64,000 nt of DNA from Candidatus Latescibacterota bacterium (GCA_965222605.1 OZ244960.1:3968001-4032000); one strand, 5' to 3'. Numbered from the stretch's first letter, positions 1 through 11,728 are shown. Numbers and translations are program-made. The notes: generated by a model not told the origin, from the sequence alone.

Positions 1-332
1 AAAATACCGTAGGTGCGACAGGTCAGGGGGCGCGCAGGGTGAATTGAGCAGCCGCCTTCGGGTGTCAAAAACGGACAACGGCGCGGGCGTTCATCGACTG
101 TGTTCAGCAATTCCCGCTGTTTTTTCGGGTCAAAGTGTGAGCGCACATAATCTATGATATTGACGTATTCGACGGCGTAAAGCGGATACATGGTTGCAAA
201 ATCGTCGTCGTATTCGGCATCTGTCAGTTCGCAACAGCTTCCCGGTGCATCGCAACCTGCACACGATACAGCGGGAACCTGTGCGTACACTGCGTTTAAG
301 CGCGTTCGCATATCTTCGGGTAAAATTGGCAT
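1..332 (-). CDS. YkgJ family cysteine-cluster (Zn/Fe-chelating) protein, truncated by window edge
   Basis: Translated by hand from ATG at 332: MPILPEDMRTRLNAVYAQVPAVSCAGCDAPGSCCEL...RCPFLTPEGGCSIHPARPLTCRTYG. CxxC..CC and CPFL..C.IH..RP..CR.Y motifs. Not in the ORF track. Confidence 0.8.
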   Translation of the reverse strand, partial: MPILPEDMRTRLNAVYAQVPAVSCAGCDAPGSCCELTDAEYDDDFATMYPLYAVEYVNIIDYVRSHFDPKKQRELLNTVDERPRRCPFLTPEGGCSIHPARPLTCRTYGI

Positions 333-372
333 TGCGATTTGTAGCAAAGAATTACTCACTTTTCGCGCCTTT

Positions 373-2222
<1,850 letters not shown>

Positions 2223-2225
2223 TTT

Positions 2226-3209
2226 TTATACCTTTCCCCGTCTGCCGGAAATAAATTTGGCGAGTTGTCGATGTAGATGGGCGCGCACTTCTGGGTTATC
2301 TGGATCCAATGCAATGGCCTGGCGAATAAAGAAAATGGCGCGCTCGGTATTGCCCATCTGGTAATACAATTCGGCCAGTGTGTCCAGGTAGGAAGGCGTG
2401 TGTGGGCGCAGGCGCAAAGACCGCCGCGACAGGCGAATGCCTTCGCGCAGGTGAATTCCCTGAACGGCGTATATCCAGGCGAGGTTGTTCAGACTGCTGT
2501 CGTCGAGGGGATTGAGCATCAGTGCTTTTTTGTAAAATTCCTCGGCGCGCTCATAGTTTTTGCGCTCGTAGTACACATTGCCCAATTCGCCGTGAGTGCG
2601 GGCATGTATTGCCGATTCATCGTCATTTTTTGGCTCAATATTCAGCACCTGTACATAAGCTTCTTCGGCGCGCTCGAGCCATTTTAATACCATGTAAAGA
2701 CCGCCCAGTTGAAAATGTGCCCACATGGTTTTCGGCCACTGTTCGACAACTGTTTCCAAAAGGGTTTGCGCTTCGCTCAACCGGTCGTGGGATAGATAGA
2801 GGCTGACGAGATCGCGGTAAGATTCCCGATGCGCGGGCACCTGCGATATGGCTTTTTCCAGCCACGCGATAGCAACTTCTGGTCTCTCGAGTGCTTCATT
2901 GACGATTGCGAGGTCGCGGTACAAGCGCATATAATCGGGGGCCAATCCGAGCGCCGTTTCAAACTCGGCTCGCGCTGCGTCGTATTGGCTGCGTCTTAAA
3001 TATGCCCTGCCCAACCACCGCCGCAAAACCGCGTCTTCCGGGCAAATATCTACAGTAGCCTGAAATATCGTCAGGGCTGTTTCGCGATCGCCATTGGCCT
3101 CAAGAGCAACTGCGCGGTCTAAATGACGATACGCCCGATACTCTGCGCAGCCAGACAAAAGCGAGACGGATGCGAGTGTGCAAAAGAGAATTGTGCGCGT
3201 GTTGTCCAT
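2226..3209 (-). CDS. Tetratricopeptide-repeat lipoprotein
   Basis: Lipobox LLSGC after MDNTRTILF, multiple TPRs (LGNVYYERKNYERAEEFYKKAL; LNNLAWIYA; YLDTLAELYY). Start at 3209 supported by the promoter just upstream. Confidence 0.85.
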   Translation of the reverse strand: MDNTRTILFCTLASVSLLSGCAEYRAYRHLDRAVALEANGDRETALTIFQATVDICPEDAVLRRWLGRAYLRRSQYDAARAEFETALGLAPDYMRLYRDLAIVNEALERPEVAIAWLEKAISQVPAHRESYRDLVSLYLSHDRLSEAQTLLETVVEQWPKTMWAHFQLGGLYMVLKWLERAEEAYVQVLNIEPKNDDESAIHARTHGELGNVYYERKNYERAEEFYKKALMLNPLDDSSLNNLAWIYAVQGIHLREGIRLSRRSLRLRPHTPSYLDTLAELYYQMGNTERAIFFIRQAIALDPDNPEVRAHLHRQLAKFISGRRGKV

Positions 3210-3228
3210 AGATCTATTCCTCAACAGA

Positions 3229-3257
3229 AGTATAGAAATCGCAACAGGGGTTGTCAA
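3229..3257 (-). promoter_or_regulatory. Sigma70 promoter for the TPR-cNMP-eno operon
   Basis: Minus strand TTGACA-17 nt-TATACT. Confidence 0.7.
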
Positions 3258-3276
3258 GGCGCAAAGGTGTTTTCTC

Positions 3277-3304
3277 TTGACGCATATAGGCGGGGGGGTA
3301 TAAT
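3277..3304 (+). promoter_or_regulatory. Sigma70 promoter for the TAXI-TRAP operon
   Basis: TTGACG-16 nt-TATAAT; spacer contains a G7 tract. Confidence 0.7.
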
Positions 3305-3348
3305 TAAGCAAGTAAAATATCTGTTCACTTTCTTTTTTGAGGTTTTTT

Positions 3349-4347
3349 ATGTCGCGCATCTATTTCTTTTTCCTTTTTTTGTTTTTTACCTCTTGTGGGG
3401 GACCGCAGGAGGGTATGCAGACGCAAAGTTTGATGATTGCAACAGCTACGCCCGGCGGCACGTATTATCCGGTAGGTGTTGCGCTGAGTACGACGATTAC
3501 ACAGAAGCTACAACCCAAAATTGTGGTATCGGCCATTAATTCAGCAGGGTCGGGCGAGAATATTCAGATGCTGATCAATCGAGAGGCTCATCTGGCGATT
3601 TTGCAGGGTTTGTACGGTGCTATGGCTTATCGCGGAGAGGGAACCTATCAGGGGCAATCGGTTGGGGAACTCCGATCCATTACCCTGCTCTGGAAAAATG
3701 TCGAGCATTTTTTACTTCGCGCGGATGATGCCAAAACAGGTACTATTGAAGATTTGAGAAAACTCGACCGCAAATACGTCATTGGCAAACGCGGGAGTGG
3801 TACAGAAGGCGCGACCCGAGCCATTCTCGCAGCGCTCAATATTTCTCCGGATGAGGATTTCACGTCTGAATATCTGGGTTATAGCCCGTCTGCTCAGGCG
3901 ATGATTGATGGGCGCATTGCAGGGGCGACTCTTTCGGCTGGTCCGCCCGTGGCTGCTGTGACGCAGGCTTTTGCCCAACTCGGTGCGGACGAGGTTTCTG
4001 TGCTTACTTTTAGCGATGATCATCTCGTGGCGATACAAAATGCGTTTCCCGTGTGGACGCGGTATATTATTCCGGCCAATACGTATCCCGGGCAGTCCGA
4101 AGCGATTGAGACGATTGCACAACCCAATTTTTTGGCGTGCAGAGCAGATTTGCCCGAGGATGTGGTCTATGAGATTACCAAAACGATTTATGAAAATTTA
4201 GCGAAAATTCAAAATATCCACAAAGCCACGCTCGCAATGTCTATCGAAAAAGCCACGATGGGTCTGACTGTTCCCCTGCATGCGGGTGCGGCGCGTTACT
4301 ATAGCGAGAAAGGTATCGACATTTCGCCGTCTCTTATAGGGGAATAG
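3349..4347 (+). CDS. TAXI family TRAP transporter solute-binding lipoprotein
   Basis: Lipobox FTSC, IATATPGGTYYPVG, SAGSGENI, VPLHAGAARYY. Confidence 0.95.
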   Translation: MSRIYFFFLFLFFTSCGGPQEGMQTQSLMIATATPGGTYYPVGVALSTTITQKLQPKIVVSAINSAGSGENIQMLINREAHLAILQGLYGAMAYRGEGTYQGQSVGELRSITLLWKNVEHFLLRADDAKTGTIEDLRKLDRKYVIGKRGSGTEGATRAILAALNISPDEDFTSEYLGYSPSAQAMIDGRIAGATLSAGPPVAAVTQAFAQLGADEVSVLTFSDDHLVAIQNAFPVWTRYIIPANTYPGQSEAIETIAQPNFLACRADLPEDVVYEITKTIYENLAKIQNIHKATLAMSIEKATMGLTVPLHAGAARYYSEKGIDISPSLIGE

Positions 4348-4380
4348 GCAGCAGGCCAGCCCCCAGTCCCCGATTTCAAT

Positions 4381-6294
4381 ATGCCAGAATCTCATAGAAC
4401 CATATTTAAGCAAGACCACGGCGGCGAAGTGAGTACACCGCATCGCGTGCTTACAGGCTGGCATCACGTGCTCGTTCTCGTTGTGGGGGTTTGTCTGTCT
4501 CTGTTTCACCTGTGGAGCAATACGCTGGGTGTTTTGCCCGAGTTGCAGCGCAATGCCGCCCATTATGCTTTCATTCTTTTTTTAGGATATTTGCTTTATC
4601 CCCTCTCTGCGCGCTATGCCTCGCGCACGCTGATTCTCGATTATTTTTTCGCCATCCTATCTCTCGCCGCCGCCCTTTATCTCGTGTTTTTTGAGGACGC
4701 GCTGCACGCCCGCAACGAAGTCCCGAATACGACTGATCTCATTTTTGCGGGTATTGCGATTCTCCTTTTGCTCGAAATTACCCGCCGTACGACCGGTCTT
4801 TTTATTCCGCTGCTCGCGCTTGCTTTTCTGACTTACGCGCTTTTTTGGGGGCGATATCTTTCCGGTATATGGGCGTTTCCAGGGGTGTCATTTCCGCGGT
4901 TGCTCTACCGCATGTACTTTGCGCCCGATGGTATTTTTGGAATGATTGCGACTATTTCATCTACTTTTGTCGCGCTTTTTGTGCTTTTTGGTGCGTTTCT
5001 CCTGCGTTCGGGCGCGGGTGATTTTATGATTCGTCTGTCGCTCGCGTTGCTCGGGCGCACAGTGGGCGGACCGGCAAAGATGGCGGTTTTTGCCAGCGGT
5101 ATGCTCGGTTCAATTTCGGGGAGTGCCGTGGCGAATACGGTGGGGTCGGGATCGCTCACCATTCCGATGATGAAACGCACGGGCTTTTCGCCTACATTTT
5201 CAGGTGCGGTCGAGGCGGCGGCATCCACGGGTGGTCAACTCATGCCACCGATTATGGGTGCGGGCGCATTTATTATGAGTCAGTGGACGCAAATTCCCTA
5301 TCTGACCATTGTCGCTGTGTCCTTCATTCCCGCGCTTATCTATTTTTTGAGTGTTATCTTTTTTGTGCATTTTCGCGCGCGAAAAACGGGTATTGCGCCC
5401 TTATCCACCTCAGAACTTCCAAATATCCGCGATACGGTCCGCGAAGGCTGGCATTTTGCGATTCCTATTGCGGTACTCGTGGGTACACTTATCTACGGTT
5501 TTACACCTACATTTGCAGCGGCAACAGGAACCGCGAGTATTGTTGTTGCGAGTTGGTTGAATAAGAACACGCGCATGCACATTGGTGATATTGTCGATGC
5601 ACTTGCGCTGGGTGCTCGAAATATGATTACTACCGGCATTATTCTTTTGTGCGCTGGCATTATTGTGGGTGTGGTGCTTATGGTGGGTGTTGGGATCAAA
5701 TTTTCCTTGCTCATTTCGGCGATTGCCGGAAGCAGTGTGCTCATTACGGTTGTGCTCATTGCTATTGCGTCTCTGATTCTGGGCATGGGCTTGCCGGTGA
5801 CGGCATCTTATATCGTGCTCGCGGTGCTGGCTGCACCTGCGCTGACCAATCTGGGCGTTAGTCTGATTGCGGCGCATTTGCTGATTTTCTGGTATTCACA
5901 GGATGCCAATGTCACACCGCCGGTTTGTCTGGCTGCGTATTCCGCTGCTGGTATTGCAGGTGCGAATCCGCTGCGTACGGGTTTTGAGTCGTGGCGCATC
6001 GCCAAGGGCATTTATTTTATTCCCGTGCTCTTTTGCTATACGCCCATCCTTTTTGAAGGGGAGATCTGGCGCGTTGTCGAAACAGCGATTGCCACCCTTC
6101 TGGGGCTGCTGGCTTTTGCGGCGGCTTCTGAGGGATTTCACATGGTGTCGCTGGGTGTGCTATACCGCGTCTTATTCCTCGTGGTCGCGGTTTTGATGTT
6201 GTGGCCTTTGCTGATATGCCACGCTGTTGGGGTGGCGATTTTACTCGTTTTGATTTTGTTGCAAAGACATGCCAGGGCTACCCATCCCAATTAG
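4381..6294 (+). CDS. TRAP transporter fused 4TM/12TM permease
   Basis: GGPAKMAVFAS, GSAVAN, EAAASTGGQLMPPIMGAGAF, LGMGLPVTASY, VTPPV; follows the TAXI gene. Confidence 0.95.
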   Translation: MPESHRTIFKQDHGGEVSTPHRVLTGWHHVLVLVVGVCLSLFHLWSNTLGVLPELQRNAAHYAFILFLGYLLYPLSARYASRTLILDYFFAILSLAAALYLVFFEDALHARNEVPNTTDLIFAGIAILLLLEITRRTTGLFIPLLALAFLTYALFWGRYLSGIWAFPGVSFPRLLYRMYFAPDGIFGMIATISSTFVALFVLFGAFLLRSGAGDFMIRLSLALLGRTVGGPAKMAVFASGMLGSISGSAVANTVGSGSLTIPMMKRTGFSPTFSGAVEAAASTGGQLMPPIMGAGAFIMSQWTQIPYLTIVAVSFIPALIYFLSVIFFVHFRARKTGIAPLSTSELPNIRDTVREGWHFAIPIAVLVGTLIYGFTPTFAAATGTASIVVASWLNKNTRMHIGDIVDALALGARNMITTGIILLCAGIIVGVVLMVGVGIKFSLLISAIAGSSVLITVVLIAIASLILGMGLPVTASYIVLAVLAAPALTNLGVSLIAAHLLIFWYSQDANVTPPVCLAAYSAAGIAGANPLRTGFESWRIAKGIYFIPVLFCYTPILFEGEIWRVVETAIATLLGLLAFAAASEGFHMVSLGVLYRVLFLVVAVLMLWPLLICHAVGVAILLVLILLQRHARATHPN

Positions 6295-6384
6295 AATTGA
6301 TGTTACGCAACTTTAAGTAATTGTAGTTCATCGAAAGCATATCGAAGCCTCTTCTTGAACCATGCAGGGGCAGGCTATAGTGCT

Positions 6385-6487
6385 GTAGGGGACGGTCCCC
6401 GTGCCGTCTCGTGTGTCATCGCGGCATGATTTTAGCCGCGATCCAGTGTTTTTGCCTGTCCATCCGTGTCCATCTGTGGTTGCTTTT
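6385..6487 (+). repeat. REP-like palindrome (GTAGGGG...) plus a 27-bp repeat abutting the start codon
   Basis: gtaggggacggtccccgtgccgtc at 6385; catccgtgtccatctgtggttgctttt (6461-6487) is identical to the reverse complement of 57296-57322. Confidence 0.7.
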
Positions 6488-9400
6488 ATGTTTAAAATCG
6501 GCACAATTTTCGACAAAAGATATCAAATCCAGGCGCACCTGGGAACCGGGGGCATGGGCGAAGTTTATCGGGTTTTGGACCTGGATCAAGACCGGGAGTG
6601 CGCGCTCAAAATTTTGAATACAATGGTGGATCAGAAGGCGGCACATCGCCGTTTTCACAGAGAATTTCAAGTGTTGAACAGACTTCAGCACCCACGCCTG
6701 GTACGCACACACACCTGGGGCTTTGCCGAAGAGCGTCCCTATTTTACAATGGAATATTTGCCCGGAAAGACATTGGAAAAAATAATTGCCGATCAAGCAC
6801 TATTAGCGCGATTCCGGGCGTCTCACTTTTTTGCTCTGGTACAACAACTTGCCGAGGGATTGGCTTATATCCACGCGCAGGGTGCGGTGCATCGCGATCT
6901 CAAGCCATCCAATATTATGGTTTTGGAAACAGAAGAGGGGATTGAGACCACAATTCTGGATCTGGGGTTGGCGAAATTCAGACATCTGCACAGCGTTTCT
7001 ATTACGCAGACGGGCGCAACGATTGGTACGGCAGAATATATGTCGCCAGAGCAAGGTAAGGGATTCTGGGTGGATCATCGATCAGATTTGTACTCATTGG
7101 GCGTGATTTTATACGAGGTCCTCACGGACGCCCCGCCCTTTTCTGGACAAAATCCCATATCTGTTATTCTGAAGCATATTCGAGAGATACCGCCCTCAAT
7201 GAGCGAAATCAATATCGCTGTTTCTGAAGAGATACAACAAGTTGTGTTAAAGTTGCTGGCAAAGGGAGCTGTTGACCGTTATCAGTCTGCAGAGGAAGTG
7301 GTGCGTGCCTTACCATCGGGGTTTGTGCCATCGGATGATGAGCAGCGCGATGTGCCCGTGAAAGTTATGCGGCCGCAATTTGTCGGGCGCGAATCCGAAA
7401 TGAAGACCTTGCACGCGATGTTGCATGATGTACAGGCTGGCGAGCAGCGCGTGGTTCTAATCTCCGGTGAGGCAGGGGTGGGCAAAACGAGATTGGTCGA
7501 AGAACTATTGGGCGATGCGCTGATCCATGATTTTCTGTGTTTGAAAGGGTCTGGCCAGGAAGAGGGGGGACAAATATACGGTGCATTGATCGATGCTTTT
7601 CAGCGGGTAAAGACGACGGATCTGGTGGGGAGAGTGCCCGATCCAGTAGAGACGGACAAGTTTTCTGTTATGGAACGTTGGTTGCAGTTATTAAAGAGTC
7701 TGCGGCAGAAACAGCCCATTGTGTTGTGTTTGGAAGATATTCAGTGGCTTGATGAATTGACATTGGAATTTTTGCAGTATGTGTTGCGCGATCCAGAACC
7801 CTGTCCATTTTTGTTATGCCTGACTTGCCGATGGTCTAATCTGGAGCCGTTTTCAGAGGAAGTTGAAAATTTTATACACAGTAATGAATTTGCTGAGGCG
7901 ACTCATATTCAGTTGGAAAATCTACCTCAAGAGGAAGTGGGGTATTTAGCGGCGTCGATGTTGGGGGAGCGGTCCATACCATCCGATGCATTGCAAGCCC
8001 TGTTCAGAGAAACGGGTGGGCAGCCCCTGTTTGTCGTGGAGGCTATGAGGACGCTGGTGAATGTCGATGTGGTTCGGCAGAATGTGTCTGACGATTGGCA
8101 GTGGGGAGAATTTCCCGAAACATTATTATCTGATGATATTTCAGAAGTTTTGTACAGGCGCATAACTGCCCTGCCTGCGGTGCAACAGCGGGTGCTGGAA
8201 TATGCCTGTGTTTTTCTGGGTGATTTTTCTTTTGAATTATTGGCTGAGATTTGGCGCGGTGATGAGTTGGAGCTATTGGATGTACTGGACGACCTCGTTG
8301 CAGAAGGGCTGTTAACGACTTATGGTGATGAAAAAGAACGGTATCGTTTTTCACAGAGTTTGTGTCGGCGGGCAATTTACGATCGCATACAAAATGTGCG
8401 GCGACGTCTGTTACATCGAGAAATTGGCAATGCTCTGGAAGATACGGAAGATGCCGAAGAACTGACGGAAGAATTGGCGGATCATTTTGCGGCGGCAGAA
8501 GAACAAGATAAGGCTGTAAAATATATGCGCCTATCAGGCAAAAAAGCATTGGCGATACAAGCGTATCGCCAGGGATTGAGACGGTTTGAGGCTGTGCGAG
8601 ACTGGACAACGAATGATGCTTTTGAATCGCAAGCGGACGCTATCGACTTTTTGTGCGATTATGCAGATGTGCTACGCAATTGCGATCAGCCCAATAGAGC
8701 ACTAAAACTTTTAGAGGAGGCAAAGGCTTTATTGCCCGATGATCGAAATGATTTGAAGGCGCGTATTTTGAATCGTGAAGGTAGTATTCACAGCGTACTT
8801 CAACATGGGGCAATTGCAGAAGAATATATGCTGGAGGCATTGCGACTTTATCGGGAACTGGATGATCTCGACGGAGAAATTCAGGCTTTGGGAGGTTTGG
8901 CTTATTTGTGTGATGTATCTGGACGGCACGAAGAAGCAATTGCGTATATGCGTCGGGAAATAGAGAAATATGCTACGCTCGGGGATGCTCAAAACAAGGC
9001 TGTTTTACAAAGGAGGGAAGGTCTGTTTGCATTGGTGGGATTTCGATTTAAGACAGCCAAATCACACCTGGAGGCGACTGTAAAAACCGCTCAGCAACTC
9101 GGACTTGAATACCACCAAATATGGGCACTCAATTTACTTGTAAGAGTTTATTTTTATCTGGGTGATCTCAACCGTGCGGAAGCCGTTTGCTATGAAGTCA
9201 TTGGTGAGTGGCAGAAGCGAGGAGTGATACACCTGGAAGCGGTAAATTTCCTCTACCTTGGGGAATTGGCATTGGAACGCGGCGATTTTGCTGAGGCATT
9301 GGAATATGCCGAGATCTCAGCAGAGCGATTTTTGGAAACATCGCGAAAAGATTATGTCTATCGCGCTTATGCGATTTCAGCAACGGCTGCTGCGAGAATG

Positions 9401-11410
9401 GGAGATGACGAAACAGCACTTGAATGGGCAGAAAAAGCCAGTGAAGGTTTACAGCAAACATCGGGTATGTACACGGGCATATTGCCCCTGGTGTATTGTG
9501 GTATTGGCGTTGCTCTGGCTAAGGCAGGGCGGATTGCGGAGGCTGAACAGGCTTTTGAGCAGGCTATTGAATGCCGAAGAGAATCCAAAGGCGATCACTG
9601 GGCGCGTGCATCGCTGATGGCAGGAGAGTTTTATCTCGAGCGCGATGATATGACAAAAGCGCAAGAGTATCTCGAAGCGGCAAAACAGGCGTTTGAAGAA
9701 ATGGAAATGTCCTACTTTCTGAGGAGAACACAGATGTTATTCAGTCAATTATCTCACGACGAAGATGGTCGCGGCAGGGATGCCGTTCCAATGTTCCAAT
9801 CAGGTGAATCTTCTCGCGGTGAGGACTTGCCTGCTATCGTGCAAGCAGGTGCCGCATCTATTTCTGAGATTTCAGTCGATACGTTGTCCGTTGATCGCCT
9901 GCGCTTGCTTTACGAGGTGAGCCGAGAATTGACTACAGAGCGCGATCTCAAGGTGCTATTGGATCGAGTTTTGGGTAATTTGTTGACTGTCTATCCAGCA
10001 GCAGAGCGGGTGCTTGTTGCAATCAAAAATGAGGCTTCGCAAGGCTTTGTAGTTGATGCGATACGTCACCACAATGTAGAAGCAGATGATTTAGAAGAAT
10101 TGAGTGGGGGTATTATTCGTCGGGTTATTGAGACAAATGAACCTGTTTTGAGCATGGATGCCCAGACAGACGACAGGCTCAATTGGTACCAAAGTGTGAT
10201 CGACTACCACATTCGGTCTGTATTGTGTGTGTCCTTATTTCATGTTGAGGAAGGTGTTATCGGTGCATTGTATGTGGATCATCGCGGCATGGACAACGCA
10301 TTTTCTGATGAAGATCAGACGTTTTTACAGGCATTTGCGAATCTGGTGAGTGTGGCACTGGTCAATGCGAGGATGCACGAACAATTGGAAGAGAAAGCAC
10401 AATATTTGCAGCAAGAGGTCGAAAGACGGTACCAGCTTGGCGACCTGTTTGGACAAAGTGATGCAATGCAGATGGTTTACCAGTTTATCGAACGCGCTGC
10501 AAAGAGTGATATCCCCGTGCTTGTACAGGGCGAAACAGGTACGGGCAAAGAATTGGCTGCGCGTGCCATACACTACAATAGCATACGCAAAGACCAGCGA
10601 TTTTTGTCAGAAAATTGTGCTGCACTGTCACCTGAGTTGTTGCAGAGTGAGTTGTTTGGGCACAAAAAAGGCGCGTTTACTGGGGCGAATGAAGATCATA
10701 AGGGGATTTTTGAGGTTGCCAATGGGGGTACGGTTTTTTTAGATGAAATAGGTGATGCCCCGCCGCAGTTGCAAAGGAGTTTGTTGCGGGTGTTGCAAGA
10801 AGGTGAAGTACGGCGTGTGGGAGAAACTGTAGATCGTGCAGTAGATGTGCGCATTATTGCAGCGACCAATCGAGACTTAAAAAAAGAAGTTGAAAACGGT
10901 TCTTTCCGTGAAGATTTGTATTACCGGTTGCATGTGATTCAGATCGATATGCCGCCTTTGCGAGAACACCTTGAAGATGTGCCATTATTGGCAGAACATT
11001 TGCTCATTCGGGCAAAAGAAGAGTCAAACAAGTCGGTTGGAGGGCTGACAGTGGGTGCAATCAGGGCGCTTACAAGTTACGACTGGCCTGGCAATGTGCG
11101 CGAGTTGGAGAATGAGATTCGGCGTGCGGTTGCATTGGCAAAAGAAGAGGGAGATATTACGCCCGATTTGTTTTCAGAAGCTGTCGGGTACGCAGTGCCG
11201 GATGCTTCTGTCGAATACCACTTGCCTGCGCAGGCGGATGCCCGCACGCAAGCAGGAGGGCGTTTACAAGATCGTATGCAGGAGTATGAGAGACGGTTGA
11301 TTCGAGACGCACTTGAGAGATACAAGGGCAATATTACGCATACGGCTAAAGAACTGGGGGTGGCACGCATTAGCTTGTATAGAAAGATCAATCGTTTGGG
11401 GTTGAGGTAG
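6488..11410 (+). CDS. Sigma54-dependent enhancer-binding activator with N-terminal Ser/Thr kinase, STAND-like AAA ATPase, TPR and GAF domains and a C-terminal Fis-type HTH
   Basis: Kinase GTGGMGEV/ALK/HRDLKPSN/DLG/GTAEYMSPE; P-loop GEAGVGKT; TPR-like helices; GAF (IRSVLCV..GALYVD); bEBP GETGTGKE, GAFTGA, FLDEIGD, WPGNVRELEN; HTH NITHTAKELGVARISLYRK. Confidence 0.93.
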   Translation: MFKIGTIFDKRYQIQAHLGTGGMGEVYRVLDLDQDRECALKILNTMVDQKAAHRRFHREFQVLNRLQHPRLVRTHTWGFAEERPYFTMEYLPGKTLEKIIADQALLARFRASHFFALVQQLAEGLAYIHAQGAVHRDLKPSNIMVLETEEGIETTILDLGLAKFRHLHSVSITQTGATIGTAEYMSPEQGKGFWVDHRSDLYSLGVILYEVLTDAPPFSGQNPISVILKHIREIPPSMSEINIAVSEEIQQVVLKLLAKGAVDRYQSAEEVVRALPSGFVPSDDEQRDVPVKVMRPQFVGRESEMKTLHAMLHDVQAGEQRVVLISGEAGVGKTRLVEELLGDALIHDFLCLKGSGQEEGGQIYGALIDAFQRVKTTDLVGRVPDPVETDKFSVMERWLQLLKSLRQKQPIVLCLEDIQWLDELTLEFLQYVLRDPEPCPFLLCLTCRWSNLEPFSEEVENFIHSNEFAEATHIQLENLPQEEVGYLAASMLGERSIPSDALQALFRETGGQPLFVVEAMRTLVNVDVVRQNVSDDWQWGEFPETLLSDDISEVLYRRITALPAVQQRVLEYACVFLGDFSFELLAEIWRGDELELLDVLDDLVAEGLLTTYGDEKERYRFSQSLCRRAIYDRIQNVRRRLLHREIGNALEDTEDAEELTEELADHFAAAEEQDKAVKYMRLSGKKALAIQAYRQGLRRFEAVRDWTTNDAFESQADAIDFLCDYADVLRNCDQPNRALKLLEEAKALLPDDRNDLKARILNREGSIHSVLQHGAIAEEYMLEALRLYRELDDLDGEIQALGGLAYLCDVSGRHEEAIAYMRREIEKYATLGDAQNKAVLQRREGLFALVGFRFKTAKSHLEATVKTAQQLGLEYHQIWALNLLVRVYFYLGDLNRAEAVCYEVIGEWQKRGVIHLEAVNFLYLGELALERGDFAEALEYAEISAERFLETSRKDYVYRAYAISATAAARMGDDETALEWAEKASEGLQQTSGMYTGILPLVYCGIGVALAKAGRIAEAEQAFEQAIECRRESKGDHWARASLMAGEFYLERDDMTKAQEYLEAAKQAFEEMEMSYFLRRTQMLFSQLSHDEDGRGRDAVPMFQSGESSRGEDLPAIVQAGAASISEISVDTLSVDRLRLLYEVSRELTTERDLKVLLDRVLGNLLTVYPAAERVLVAIKNEASQGFVVDAIRHHNVEADDLEELSGGIIRRVIETNEPVLSMDAQTDDRLNWYQSVIDYHIRSVLCVSLFHVEEGVIGALYVDHRGMDNAFSDEDQTFLQAFANLVSVALVNARMHEQLEEKAQYLQQEVERRYQLGDLFGQSDAMQMVYQFIERAAKSDIPVLVQGETGTGKELAARAIHYNSIRKDQRFLSENCAALSPELLQSELFGHKKGAFTGANEDHKGIFEVANGGTVFLDEIGDAPPQLQRSLLRVLQEGEVRRVGETVDRAVDVRIIAATNRDLKKEVENGSFREDLYYRLHVIQIDMPPLREHLEDVPLLAEHLLIRAKEESNKSVGGLTVGAIRALTSYDWPGNVRELENEIRRAVALAKEEGDITPDLFSEAVGYAVPDASVEYHLPAQADARTQAGGRLQDRMQEYERRLIRDALERYKGNITHTAKELGVARISLYRKINRLGLR

Positions 11411-11422
11411 ATGTTGGATTGG

Positions 11423-11549
11423 TGTATCATTTTGTAACAGTGTATCATTGTGTATCATTTGGCTTACAGTCTATTTATTTTTATATAAATCAGTCAGTTA
11501 TGCATATTTTATTTAGATGAACGGTTATAAGTGTATCATATTATATACA
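11423..11549. promoter_or_regulatory. Candidate upstream activating sequences (bEBP enhancer) and IHF-like site
   Basis: TGTATCAT at 11423, 11441, 11451 and 11532; three copies close as TGT-N11/12-ACA. IHF-like aatcagtcagtta at 11488-11500. Lies about 110-235 bp upstream of the -24/-12 site. Confidence 0.6.
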
Positions 11550-11657
11550 CTTATGTCTGAATGTAATATCTGTAATATACATAGTCCTTAAATTTTATCT
11601 CTTTGTTTTTTAAGCACTTGAGTATCTTCAAGTGTTTTTTTGTGCTGGGACGATTTT

Positions 11658-11673
11658 TGGCACGGATCTTGCA
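11658..11673 (+). promoter_or_regulatory. Sigma54 (-24/-12) promoter
   Basis: TGGCACGGATCTTGCA matches TGGCACG-N4-TTGCW with exact GG-N10-GC spacing. Confidence 0.9.
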
Positions 11674-11728
11674 CTATAAAAAGGGCAAACCGTTATGGCG
11701 TAGGTTTTTTCCATTACAGGAGGATAAC

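Noticed and set aside
11603-11728. 95-aa version of precursor 1 starting at TTG 11603
   Set aside because: It would start upstream of the sigma54 promoter; the AGGAGG RBS points to ATG 11729.
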